Shown one piece after another: positions 18,395 to 27,686 of a stretch of DNA of 64,000 bases. The notes beneath the pieces are model-generated. The model ran no database searches. It was not told the origin of the DNA and saw nothing but the letters and a program-made list of their open reading frames with translations. Position numbers and translations under genes: made by a program. This stretch comes from Candidatus Parcubacteria bacterium (GTDB lineage Bacteria; Patescibacteriota; Minisyncoccia; Phycocordibacterales; CAIJYI01), in NCBI GenBank assembly GCA_026395595.1, contig JAPLYL010000003.1, positions 12,136 through 76,135 of the forward strand. Reading direction: 5' to 3'. Each line of letters opens with the position of its first letter. Position 1 is the stretch's first letter.

Positions 18395-21103
18395 ATGAAT
18401 AAACCATGTTTGGTGCTTACTCAATCGAGAGAAGAAAGCGGGTATAACGATTTTATCGGGCGTTTTTATCATTTTCCAGAAAAATATCTTGGTCAATTCA
18501 AGGAACTTCCTGCGGAATTTGTTTATTACGAGCCGACAAAAAGCGGGGATGGAGTATATTTCGGATACGGAAGGATAGAAAATCAGCCGACAGCAGACAA
18601 ACGAGAGGACGGACATTATTTTGTAGAGATTTCAGATTATAAGCCTTTTGCAAAACCAGTTCCGTTTAAAAACGAGACCGGGATTATACGAGAAGCGGAC
18701 TCGCCTCATTATAATGCGCAAAATGCGGTACGGAAACTGCCAACACTAACTCTGGATGAAATTTGTCTCGATGGGAAAGTTCGTCTTAATTTCAAGGCGG
18801 ATGCTCACCTCATCAAGGTACTCGGAGAACAACTCATTGCTTCGGAGAAGGTCGGGATACTCGAACTTATTAAAAACGCATACGATGCGGGAGCATCATA
18901 TTGCAGGGTTAGAATCGAAAATATTCCTGGTATGTTGCCCGCGCCGGAAAGCGAATGCTTGTTTCCTGAACTCTCCGGACCAGTAATCATAATTGATGAC
19001 GATGGTTATGGAATGACTCGTTCGGTCATTGAAGACGGCTGGCTGCGACCAGCATCCACTATCAAAACAACGGTGAAAGAAACGATGCGAAAAGAAAGAG
19101 AGAAGGCCGCCGCCTCGGGAAGACTCGGTTCTTATGATAAGCTGATCGACGAAATTAAAAAGGAACGCGGGGGAAGAATACCGTTGGGCGAAAAAGGCGT
19201 TGGCCGGTTTGCTTCGCACCGTCTGGGAAAACGTCTTTTGTTAACGACAAAAACCCGTGATCTTGACTACGAGTATGTGCTCGACATAGATTGGGATCAG
19301 TTTGACAGCGATGATGGTGCGGTTAAAAATCTTGACGCTGTCGGCATAAACTTATACCGCCAAAAGCCATCAAGGAACTATGGAAAGAAAGGGTCCGGAA
19401 CTCAGCTTGTGATACACGGTGGGCGTAAAGGTTTTTCTTGGGAACCGGAAACGGTTGGTGATTTACAAAGATCCATCTCCAGTTTGAATTCCCCTCAGGT
19501 TGTACAAAAACCGGATATGGAATTGCCGTTTAAGGCGTTTTTGGAATGTCCGCAAATAGGATACACAAAGAATGATGCCGAAACACTTACTTTTCCCCCC
19601 ATCTTTTCATTTGACGGACAAATCGATGAAAACGGAATTTTGAAATATACGCTAAAATTTACCCCGCCCAAGTCGGTACCGATGTCGCCCGAAACGACGG
19701 AAGACAAAAACTTTGATCTGAGGAAGGCCAAACCGGAACACTGGAAGAAAACGGAAACGGAAGAAGGTTTTCGAAAACCTGAATCCGGCCCTTTCCGGTT
19801 GCACGTGGATGCATGGTACAGAACCGGTCCGTGGATTGTGGGACCCGAGGTGGATTCGTTTACAAAACGACTTGACGACTTTGGCGGAGTATCGATTTTC
19901 AGAGACGGAATCAATGTTTTCCCCGCGGAATGGGGTGCGGAAACGGATTGGCTTGATTTGTCGACAAGACACATTAAACGGGGACGTCATCTTTCCTACT
20001 ACAACATAATCGGTAATCTGGAAATCAACCAAGAGAATAATATTAATCTCATTGATAAGACAGACCGCGAAGGGTTAATCAAAAACAAAGCGTATAACGA
20101 TTTGGTGCTCCTCACACGGGCGGCCATACTCAATATCCTCGAAATATCTTTTGAAGGAAAGCGCGACCAATATAGCAAATTAATCGGTGAGGTGGTACGA
20201 GACCCCGCTGCATTAAAAAATTATGCAAAACAAGGATCGTCTCTCATTTCATCGATTAAAGAAAAGTACCCGTTCGAACAGGATCCCTATGATATTCTCG
20301 ATTCTGTTGGTAAACCCGCAGAGCGTGGAGAAAATCTCGTTAATCTTTCAACGTCGCTTAAAAACCTTCAGAAGAGTCTTGATCTTATGAAAGAGTCTCA
20401 AGAAATGCTCACCGAACAAGCGGGTTATGGATTGGCTGTCGCCGTTTCAGTACACGAGATTGCGAAGATCGCCGCAAATTTCTATACGGGGGTGTCTCAA
20501 CTTTTGAAGTCCGATCGACAGGATGCCGACAAACTTCGAAATCTCAAAGACGCATCGGCCTCCTTGCAGTCGGAACTTAAACGGCTCAGTCCTCTTCGGG
20601 CTGTTCGTACCGAGGCGCGTACCGAATTCCCAATAACGAAACCGATCAATTTTGCCGTTGAGGTCTTTCGATCCAGATTCGAAAAAATGGGGGTGGAAGT
20701 AAAAGTTAATACCAAAGAACAATTTTCCGTATATGGCAGATACGGCGCATTTGCTCAAGTCTTTTCGAATTTATTTGATAACAGTTGCTATTGGTTAGAG
20801 TCGATGCCGCGCAAAAACAGAAAAATTGAAGTCCTCATAGATGCAAAGCATAGAACGATAACAGTCGCCGATTCGGGTCCGGGTATCGCTGAGGTGATTT
20901 TGCCGTACATTTTCGAGCAGGGCTACAGTTTGAAAATTCCACCAAGCGGTCTCGGCTTATATATCTGCAAACATTATATGCATAGTATGAGGGGAGATAT
21001 TTACCTGACGTTGGACAGAGAAAGAATAAACGAACTTTCTGGGGCGCAATTTACTCTGGATTTGGGAAAGGTCGAATCAGAACGTCCGATAGCAAAGAAA
21101 TAA
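18395..21103 (+). CDS. Fusion protein: EVE/PUA-like N-domain + MORC-type GHKL ATPase + histidine kinase
   Basis: FVYYEP..YFGYG; ELIKNAYDA, DDGYGM, GEKGVGRFA; SVHEI, NLFDNS, DSGPGI, GLGLYICK. Confidence 0.85.
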   Translation: MNKPCLVLTQSREESGYNDFIGRFYHFPEKYLGQFKELPAEFVYYEPTKSGDGVYFGYGRIENQPTADKREDGHYFVEISDYKPFAKPVPFKNETGIIREADSPHYNAQNAVRKLPTLTLDEICLDGKVRLNFKADAHLIKVLGEQLIASEKVGILELIKNAYDAGASYCRVRIENIPGMLPAPESECLFPELSGPVIIIDDDGYGMTRSVIEDGWLRPASTIKTTVKETMRKEREKAAASGRLGSYDKLIDEIKKERGGRIPLGEKGVGRFASHRLGKRLLLTTKTRDLDYEYVLDIDWDQFDSDDGAVKNLDAVGINLYRQKPSRNYGKKGSGTQLVIHGGRKGFSWEPETVGDLQRSISSLNSPQVVQKPDMELPFKAFLECPQIGYTKNDAETLTFPPIFSFDGQIDENGILKYTLKFTPPKSVPMSPETTEDKNFDLRKAKPEHWKKTETEEGFRKPESGPFRLHVDAWYRTGPWIVGPEVDSFTKRLDDFGGVSIFRDGINVFPAEWGAETDWLDLSTRHIKRGRHLSYYNIIGNLEINQENNINLIDKTDREGLIKNKAYNDLVLLTRAAILNILEISFEGKRDQYSKLIGEVVRDPAALKNYAKQGSSLISSIKEKYPFEQDPYDILDSVGKPAERGENLVNLSTSLKNLQKSLDLMKESQEMLTEQAGYGLAVAVSVHEIAKIAANFYTGVSQLLKSDRQDADKLRNLKDASASLQSELKRLSPLRAVRTEARTEFPITKPINFAVEVFRSRFEKMGVEVKVNTKEQFSVYGRYGAFAQVFSNLFDNSCYWLESMPRKNRKIEVLIDAKHRTITVADSGPGIAEVILPYIFEQGYSLKIPPSGLGLYICKHYMHSMRGDIYLTLDRERINELSGAQFTLDLGKVESERPIAKK

Positions 21104-21107
21104 AATC

Positions 21108-22541
21108 ATGCGCTATTCCGTTTGCATTATCGATGATGAAATACCTGTTGCCGGAGTTGAAGGTTTTCGGGATACCGAATTGCTTAATTCGTCAAATCTC
21201 GGGCAGCTACTGCGACAAAATGAGCATCCTTGGACAGATGAAGTGGTAAAGCACTTCGTTCAAACGTTGTTGGAGGAAAAGGAGGATGACGGCACTTCGA
21301 AATGGGATGTATATGCTTTTACAAATCCCGCGCTTTATATCAACCATTTGGAAAACGGAACGTTTCGCCCCGATCTCTTGGTTTTTGATTGGGATTATTC
21401 CACCGGAGGTGTTGATTCCGAAGCACGTCTGAAGGAAATCCTCGAAAGAACCTTTTGTCTCGTGTTTGTCTTTTCAAAAGCCGACAGAGAAGACGAAATA
21501 AACGCCATTTTGAGCACACCGGAGTTTTTGGAATATCAAGGTCGGGTGAGTTATCTCAAAAAAGGCGATCCGGCTGCGGACAATGTCAATACTCTTTTGG
21601 AAAAAGCGAATGAAATGGATAAGAACAATTTTTCTTTTAAGTTTGCTGGCAGGTTACGGCGCGAGTCTTTGAAAATCATGGATAGAACTTTGTCCGATCT
21701 TGGTAAAGCGACAGTCAGTGATATTAAAAATTATCTTGCCTTGGAGGACGGAGAAGAAAAGCATGGGCTTATTGACTTTATTGCTGATCGCTTTCGGTCA
21801 GGTCTTGTTGAAACGGATTTTCCTGAATTGACTGAGGCGTACACCACACCCGCAACAACGGGTACAGGAGGGATTGATAATAACCTCGTAAAAAAGATAT
21901 GGGCATATCGACTTTATCGACCCCTTGATGGAACAGTCTCTTTGGCAAATGAACTTGTGCGTCGCGGAGATATTATCAAATACGAAGACAACCATTACCT
22001 TGTTGTATCAGCGGCTTGTGATTTAAAAAGATTTTGGAAAAAAAATTTCGGAACAATAAATTTGCTCCCGCTTCATAGACTTCATAACTCGAATACGGAG
22101 TTAAAAGATTTGCTGAGTTTTTGTTTGGACCCCGAAAATGTCTCAAAAAAATTAAAGACCGGAAAATTTCAAAATCTTACTGGAAGGTTGGGTGATCTTC
22201 CAGACGGTCCGTTCATTTTGCCGTTCTTGAAAGAGAACGACAACTACGAATGTTTCGTCGTACTTCCAAAAGAAATGTCTGGGCATAAAATTCCTGTTCA
22301 TCGAGACGTTTCTGCATTAGAATTAGATAAAAGAAAGGAAGCTTCTCTAAAATATGAGTGGTTGGGAGCGGAAAAGTTGTGTTCGGTATCTGAGCCATTC
22401 CTATCTGCCATAATTCAGCATACGTTTGGGACTATCGGCGGGTATGGAACCCCAGACTACCCTAAGGAGATGAAAAAAATCTTTGAGGAAATTTTAGATG
22501 AGTTCACCGCTGCTATTCCAGCGGAAAGAATACAAACATGA
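21108..22541 (+). CDS. Receiver-domain protein with a large C-terminal region
   Basis: IIDDE, LLVFDWD, VFS, KK receiver pattern; C-terminal RGDII..YLVVSAACDL. Confidence 0.75.
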   Translation: MRYSVCIIDDEIPVAGVEGFRDTELLNSSNLGQLLRQNEHPWTDEVVKHFVQTLLEEKEDDGTSKWDVYAFTNPALYINHLENGTFRPDLLVFDWDYSTGGVDSEARLKEILERTFCLVFVFSKADREDEINAILSTPEFLEYQGRVSYLKKGDPAADNVNTLLEKANEMDKNNFSFKFAGRLRRESLKIMDRTLSDLGKATVSDIKNYLALEDGEEKHGLIDFIADRFRSGLVETDFPELTEAYTTPATTGTGGIDNNLVKKIWAYRLYRPLDGTVSLANELVRRGDIIKYEDNHYLVVSAACDLKRFWKKNFGTINLLPLHRLHNSNTELKDLLSFCLDPENVSKKLKTGKFQNLTGRLGDLPDGPFILPFLKENDNYECFVVLPKEMSGHKIPVHRDVSALELDKRKEASLKYEWLGAEKLCSVSEPFLSAIIQHTFGTIGGYGTPDYPKEMKKIFEEILDEFTAAIPAERIQT

Positions 22542-23578
22542 AAAAATTCAACGCAATAGATTTGTTTTCCGGATGCGGCGGTTTAACACAGGGATTAAAA
22601 ACCGCCGGATTTGAGGTGCTTGCAGCTTTTGATAATGATGACGACTCAATAGCGGCATATCGGTTAAATCACCCGGAAGCCGTTATTTTCGAGGGCGACA
22701 TCCGCAAAGTACAAACGGCGGACGTTAAGAAATTATTGAAGGGAGAGCCCTTGCATCTTTTAGCTGGTTGCCCGCCTTGCCAGGGTTTTTCCTCTATGCG
22801 ACGGCGCAATAATAAAAGAACCAAAAACGATTCTCGAAACAACCTGATTTTGGAATATCTGCGATTTGTGAAAGAACTCGAACCGCTAACGATCATGATG
22901 GAAAATGTTCCCGGTCTGAAAAATTATCATTTGTTTCAGTACACAATGCGCGAATTGCAAAAACTCGGATATAATCCGAAATATCAAGCTGTTAAGATTC
23001 AAGAATACGGAATTCCGCAGCGGCGCAAGCGTCTCGTTGTCGTCGGTTCGTTGCTTGGCGATATTAATATTGCTGGCCCGACAATGGAAAAAATGACGGT
23101 TCGAGATATGATCGGTCACATAGAATCGGTTGCTGAAACGAAAGACCCGATTCATAAAATCGTCGCGTCGCATACACCGGAAGTGATGAAGCGCATAAAA
23201 GCCACTCCCAAAAATGGTGGGAGTCGTTCGGATCTTCCCAAAAAATACGAACTCGAGTGCCACAAAGAAGAAGGGGTGGGGTTTAATGACGTTTACGGTC
23301 GCTTGCGGTGGGACGATTATTCAACGACAATGACTGGCGGTTGTTTAAATCCCTCCAAGGGTCGTTTCTTGCACCCGGAAGAAAATAGAGCGATCACGGC
23401 AAGAGAAGCGGCACTTTTGCAAACTTTTCCTAAGGACTACAAATTTCCGGACCGTATTTCAAAAACTTCAATCTCGTTGTTGATAGGCAACGCCCTTCCG
23501 CCGAAATTCAGCCACATTCAATCAACCAATATTTTGGAACACCTAAAAGAATTTGAGATCAAAAATAAAACGCACTAA
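22538..23578 (+). CDS. dcm: DNA (cytosine-5) methyltransferase
   Basis: DLFSGCGG, GCPPCQGFS, ENV, QRRKR, REAALLQTFP, GNALPP. Confidence 0.96.
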   Translation: MKKFNAIDLFSGCGGLTQGLKTAGFEVLAAFDNDDDSIAAYRLNHPEAVIFEGDIRKVQTADVKKLLKGEPLHLLAGCPPCQGFSSMRRRNNKRTKNDSRNNLILEYLRFVKELEPLTIMMENVPGLKNYHLFQYTMRELQKLGYNPKYQAVKIQEYGIPQRRKRLVVVGSLLGDINIAGPTMEKMTVRDMIGHIESVAETKDPIHKIVASHTPEVMKRIKATPKNGGSRSDLPKKYELECHKEEGVGFNDVYGRLRWDDYSTTMTGGCLNPSKGRFLHPEENRAITAREAALLQTFPKDYKFPDRISKTSISLLIGNALPPKFSHIQSTNILEHLKEFEIKNKTH

Positions 23579-23596
23579 TGGACCAAATTGTGTAAA

Positions 23597-23786
23597 AAAC
23601 CACACAAACCGCACACTGCAAATGGTTCCAGACGATACGAAAAAACGTGAAAATGGCACAAACGGCACACCCAACGCATTCATTATATCCAGCTTTTACG
23701 TCGAAATGACACAAACGACACACGAAACCGCACAAACCTCACACAGAAAATGGCTTATTATTGTGAAAATGCCACAAATGCCACAC
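23597..23786 (+). repeat. Five copies of AAAnnnCACAAAnnnCACAC (iteron-like)
   Basis: Copies at about 23597, 23651, 23704, 23725 and 23767. Confidence 0.7.
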
Positions 23787-24140
23787 TCACGCTCGTTGTT
23801 TTACACCCAAGGCGACCACAATCGACTGTGTGGGGAGTTTTGGCGCGGGTTTAAGGTTTCCTCGGTTTTGAACAAAAAGACAGACCGCGAGAATTTTTGA
23901 AGGAAAACTGGATTTATCAGCGAACGTGGAGTAAAATGAAACTACAACTAAATAAGTATTGACCTAACCCACCGGGTCTGCCGATGGTATGGTCAGAGAG
24001 TCGATCAAGCATAAAGAACCCGTCAGGGGGTTTGCTTGATCGCCATATCGGGAAACCGGTATGAAGGGCTTCGGCTCTTACCCGTGGCGGGCTTTTTGTA
24101 CCCGAAACCGCGGTTATAAATAAGACGATCAAGCAAATTT

Positions 24141-24569
24141 ATGGAAGAAGTAAAAAAGGAACCTCCGCGGAAAAGTCATTTACTCCGCGTATTGTTCATA
24201 TCTATCGGAATTATTATTTTTGTTCCGTTTATCGTTGGTTTAAGTACGGGCGCGGGTAAGGGCAAAACTCTAAACCAGCCGCAGATCGGAGAAACATATA
24301 CCCTTAACTATAACGACGATGTATCCAATTGCGACGGAAAAGTTGTCGTGCCAATCGATGAAAAAAGTCAGGAAGCTTACGGCAAAGCGGCGGTGGCGAA
24401 AGATAATGAAGAAATTGCCATGATGGTACTTGAGGGTAACGCCTTCTTCGTACCGAACTGCACAACCGTGAAAGTGATAGATCGAAACATGTACATACGA
24501 AAAATCAGAATTATGGATGGAGAACAAACATTAAAAACAGGGTGGGTTCCGAATGAATATTTGAAGTAA
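24141..24569 (+). CDS. Membrane-anchored hypothetical protein (SH3-like C-terminus)
   Basis: N-terminal TM helix; KTGWVPNEYL. Confidence 0.7.
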   Translation: MEEVKKEPPRKSHLLRVLFISIGIIIFVPFIVGLSTGAGKGKTLNQPQIGETYTLNYNDDVSNCDGKVVVPIDEKSQEAYGKAAVAKDNEEIAMMVLEGNAFFVPNCTTVKVIDRNMYIRKIRIMDGEQTLKTGWVPNEYLK

Positions 24570-24638
24570 GAGAAGAACGATAAAAGCTCGCCGATAAAAA
24601 ATATTGGCGGTCTTTTGTTTTTAGGGTAATATGAGCGC

Positions 24639-25328
24639 ATGAAAGGTGACACAAACAAACTCTCGCGCGGGGAGAAACTTTTTCAGCGTATATCTCAAGG
24701 AGAAAAGTTTACCCATCTCGTAGAAAACATACGGAAAAACTATAAAATCTCGACTGAAGGATTTTCATTTCAGGAAGATATTACGGACTGGTATGCACAG
24801 CATAGCTCGGGGGTCGGGTCCGGAGACTACGAAGAATTCAAGGATGAAATAAACAAACTGCTCATGAAAAATGCACTGCCAGTCAATCAGTGGTGGTGGA
24901 CGAGGGCAACGACGCATATTTTGTCCGGAGACAAGGTTTCTTTTCTACCGCCGTTGCACTCGTTTCAGCATCCGTTTGTTGAAATGATGGATAAGCATGT
25001 CGGAAGAGATGGAAGTTACACTGATATTCGTTTATATGAGGGAGCGGTCCAAAGGGATATGGATGATTTCATGAGCGAAAATTGGGGACGGATGAAACCA
25101 TCGTATCGTGTGGGTACCATCCAAAAAATTCGCAAAGAAAGTCCCGTTGATATCGAAATCAATAAGGAGGCGGATTTCCTTTTGAGGCACTCAAAAAGTG
25201 ATCTTGGAATAAAGAACACGACAAAAGAAATCGCCGTGAGCGGACATCTTACGAAAAAATATGGCAAAAAAATAACGAGCGATTCTGTAAAAATGCGGGT
25301 TCAACGATTGCGTCGAAAGAAGAGGTAA
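24639..25328 (+). CDS. Hypothetical protein with C-terminal HTH-like segment
   Basis: KEIAVSGHL..ITSDSVKMRVQRLR. Confidence 0.65.
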   Translation: MKGDTNKLSRGEKLFQRISQGEKFTHLVENIRKNYKISTEGFSFQEDITDWYAQHSSGVGSGDYEEFKDEINKLLMKNALPVNQWWWTRATTHILSGDKVSFLPPLHSFQHPFVEMMDKHVGRDGSYTDIRLYEGAVQRDMDDFMSENWGRMKPSYRVGTIQKIRKESPVDIEINKEADFLLRHSKSDLGIKNTTKEIAVSGHLTKKYGKKITSDSVKMRVQRLRRKKR

Positions 25329-25470
25329 CAGATATTGCACCGCAATACATGTCACTTACCGGAAAAAGAAAAAATGCGACCATAATCTTGTGGCCGCATT
25401 TTGCGTCCACGAGGTGACGTCACAAAGCTCAAGCCGCTCCGGTGAGTCACCCTCCGGAGCGGCTTAGTGC

Positions 25471-25644
25471 ATGAATGACACAAGGCTCACAATTGAAAAT
25501 TGCCGAAAACTTTTAGGTGATGAAGATTTAATCGACGAGAGGGTCGTGGAAATTCGCGATGCCTTGTATTCCATTGCGGAAAGTGTTTTTGATAAACACA
25601 AAAACACTGGATATACCCCGGATATAGGGTATAATTCTCAATAA
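25471..25644 (+). CDS. 57-aa small protein directly upstream of the recombinase
   Basis: MNDTRLTIENCRKLLGDEDLIDERVVEIRDALYSIAESVFDK..; stop is 11 nt before the recombinase ATG. Confidence 0.55.
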   Translation: MNDTRLTIENCRKLLGDEDLIDERVVEIRDALYSIAESVFDKHKNTGYTPDIGYNSQ

Positions 25645-25655
25645 TCAAAAAGTTT

Positions 25656-27257
25656 ATGTTAGATGGTGATAAAAAAGAAATCGCGCTTATCTACTGTCGA
25701 GTTTCTTCTGAACGGCAAAAAAATGATGGTCATGGTCTTGATGGGCAGGAACATCGTTGCCGGATCCATGCGGAAGATCAAGGGTATGAAGTTGAAAAAA
25801 TTTTCAGAGATAGTTTCAGTGGGGCGGGAGATTTTATGCAACGTCCCGCGATGGCAGAAATGATAAACTACATGGATAAGAACGCACATAAAAAGTATGT
25901 GGTGATTTTTGACGACCTTTCTCGTTTTGCCAGAGATACAGTATTTCATCTCAAACTGGCGTCGGCGTTTAAGGTGCGCGGGGCGCGACGCGAATGTCTC
26001 AATTTTAACTTTGATGATTCTCCGGAAGGGGAATTTGCTGAAACGATCGTAGCCGCTTCAAACGCTCTTGACCGGCAGAAAAACCGTCGTCAGGTTATCC
26101 AGAAGCAAAAAGCGCGTCTAGAAAAAGGATACTGGCCATTCTTCCCGCCACCGGGATATAAGCATATAAAAGATCCGGTTCACGGAAAACTTTTGACCCC
26201 GGAGGAACCCAAGGCAAGTATCATAAGGGAGGCGTTTGAAGGCTTTGCCAATGGACGTTTTTTGACACAAACAGACGTTATGAAGTTTCTCAGGGAAAAA
26301 GATTTTTGTGACGGAAAACCAACGCATCTTTTTTATGTAAAAAGATTGCTGGTTCGAGCCGTTTATTCAGGATACATAGAGTATCCCGACTGGGGCGTTT
26401 CGAGAATGCTCGGACATCATAAACCAATTGTTGATCCGGAAGTATGGGGACAAGTTCAGAAAAAACTCTCGGAAAAAGCCCCGATACGGACGAGAAAGGA
26501 CTATAGCTGTATCTTATCTCTTCGCGGATATGCTTGTTGTGCTTATTGCGGTGAACCAATGACAGGAAGCGAGAGCACGGGACGGCACGGAAATAAATTC
26601 GCTTACTATCGTTGTCGAAACAGAAATTGCTCGCATCGAACCAAAAGCATAAAGAAAAAAGACCTTGAGGATGAATTCTGCCGGATTCTTGGTAATACAC
26701 AACCGAAAAAGAATATCATCACATTAGCAAGGGCGATCATCGAAGATGTTTATTCGAAAAGACAAAATTCCTCTGGTGAGCTGTTCAGTCGAACGGAAAA
26801 ACAGATCGCAAAGATTGACGAAGAAATGAAGGCTCTCGGCTTACTGGCAGGGAGGTCGAAAAAAGAAAGCGCCATCACTTTGTACGAAGAGCAGATCGAC
26901 GATTTAAGCAAAAAGAAAAAGGAACTGGAGAAAAAGAGAGACTCTACGGCTTCCGGTCCTGTGAGTGTTGGAACCGCTTTTGACGAAGTGATGAAATATC
27001 TGAATGATCCAGTAAATATGTGGGTTAATGGTGATCCAAACGACAAAAGACGAGTGCAAGCACTCGTCTTTGAGGAAAACTTCGTATACGATCGGAAAAA
27101 CGGTGTTGGAACCGCCAAAGTGTCAGTCCTGTACGAGTTTTTTGAGCGAACTCGCGACCGCGAGTTGCAGGATGTGGAGATGGGGGGAATCGAACCCCCG
27201 TGCAAAAAGGAACTCTCGTTACTTTGTACAAACGTATTCTGTTTATTTTTTGTTTGA
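25656..27257 (+). CDS. Large serine recombinase (resolvase + recombinase + zinc ribbon)
   Basis: IYCRVSS, DDLSRFAR, PPPGY, CAYCG...YYRC; the C-terminus reads into antisense tmRNA (VEMGGIEPP). Confidence 0.95.
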   Translation: MLDGDKKEIALIYCRVSSERQKNDGHGLDGQEHRCRIHAEDQGYEVEKIFRDSFSGAGDFMQRPAMAEMINYMDKNAHKKYVVIFDDLSRFARDTVFHLKLASAFKVRGARRECLNFNFDDSPEGEFAETIVAASNALDRQKNRRQVIQKQKARLEKGYWPFFPPPGYKHIKDPVHGKLLTPEEPKASIIREAFEGFANGRFLTQTDVMKFLREKDFCDGKPTHLFYVKRLLVRAVYSGYIEYPDWGVSRMLGHHKPIVDPEVWGQVQKKLSEKAPIRTRKDYSCILSLRGYACCAYCGEPMTGSESTGRHGNKFAYYRCRNRNCSHRTKSIKKKDLEDEFCRILGNTQPKKNIITLARAIIEDVYSKRQNSSGELFSRTEKQIAKIDEEMKALGLLAGRSKKESAITLYEEQIDDLSKKKKELEKKRDSTASGPVSVGTAFDEVMKYLNDPVNMWVNGDPNDKRRVQALVFEENFVYDRKNGVGTAKVSVLYEFFERTRDRELQDVEMGGIEPPCKKELSLLCTNVFCLFFV

Positions 27258-27571
27258 GCTTGAAAAGTTTGAAACAGACAAAATCTTTACAAGCCGAGCT
27301 TCCTTTATTTTGAAAATACGCCAAAACGCTCATATTTTCTATCCTGAAGTTTATTACACTGATATTTTCCTAACAGGATTCAGAATATATCAATGCCGAA
27401 TTTACGCTAAAGCGAATTCCGGAGCAAAGGAGAAATATGGTGAAACCATACCCTTTACTTTTGAAGATAAGTTTGCACTTATTCTTTTTTCCTGCACACG
27501 ATAACGGACGAGCAGGAGTAGCCGGTTTGAGTAAACGAGAGAGCGGCTTATTGTCTAGGCCGATCATCCCC
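27174..27571 (-). ncRNA. ssrA: tmRNA
   Basis: 5' GGGGATG pairs with 3' CATCTCC-A (G3.U); T-arm GGGGGTTCGATTCCCCC; tag ORF ANLSSKVKGMVSPYFSFAPEFALA* at 27476-27402; smpB nearby. Confidence 0.93.
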
Positions 27572-27686
27572 ATATATTTGTCTTTCAAAGGACTCCTCTA
27601 TTATACTCCAATGCCTTGGTACTTGTCAAATATCATTTTGCGTGCTACTCTCATCTCGGATAAGTTATTTGAAGAGGGAAAAAAGA

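Larger units (their letters stand above)
17875..27178. mobile_element. ~9.3-kb genomic island integrated in the ssrA 3' end
   Basis: GTGGA core at 17875-17879 and 27174-27178; displaced TCCACCA and terminator at the left end; serine recombinase at the right end. Confidence 0.8.

Noticed and set aside
23553-23900. 115-aa ORF after dcm
   Set aside because: It appears to be a translation of the 9-bp repeat tract with no start signals, although it could be a gene relic.
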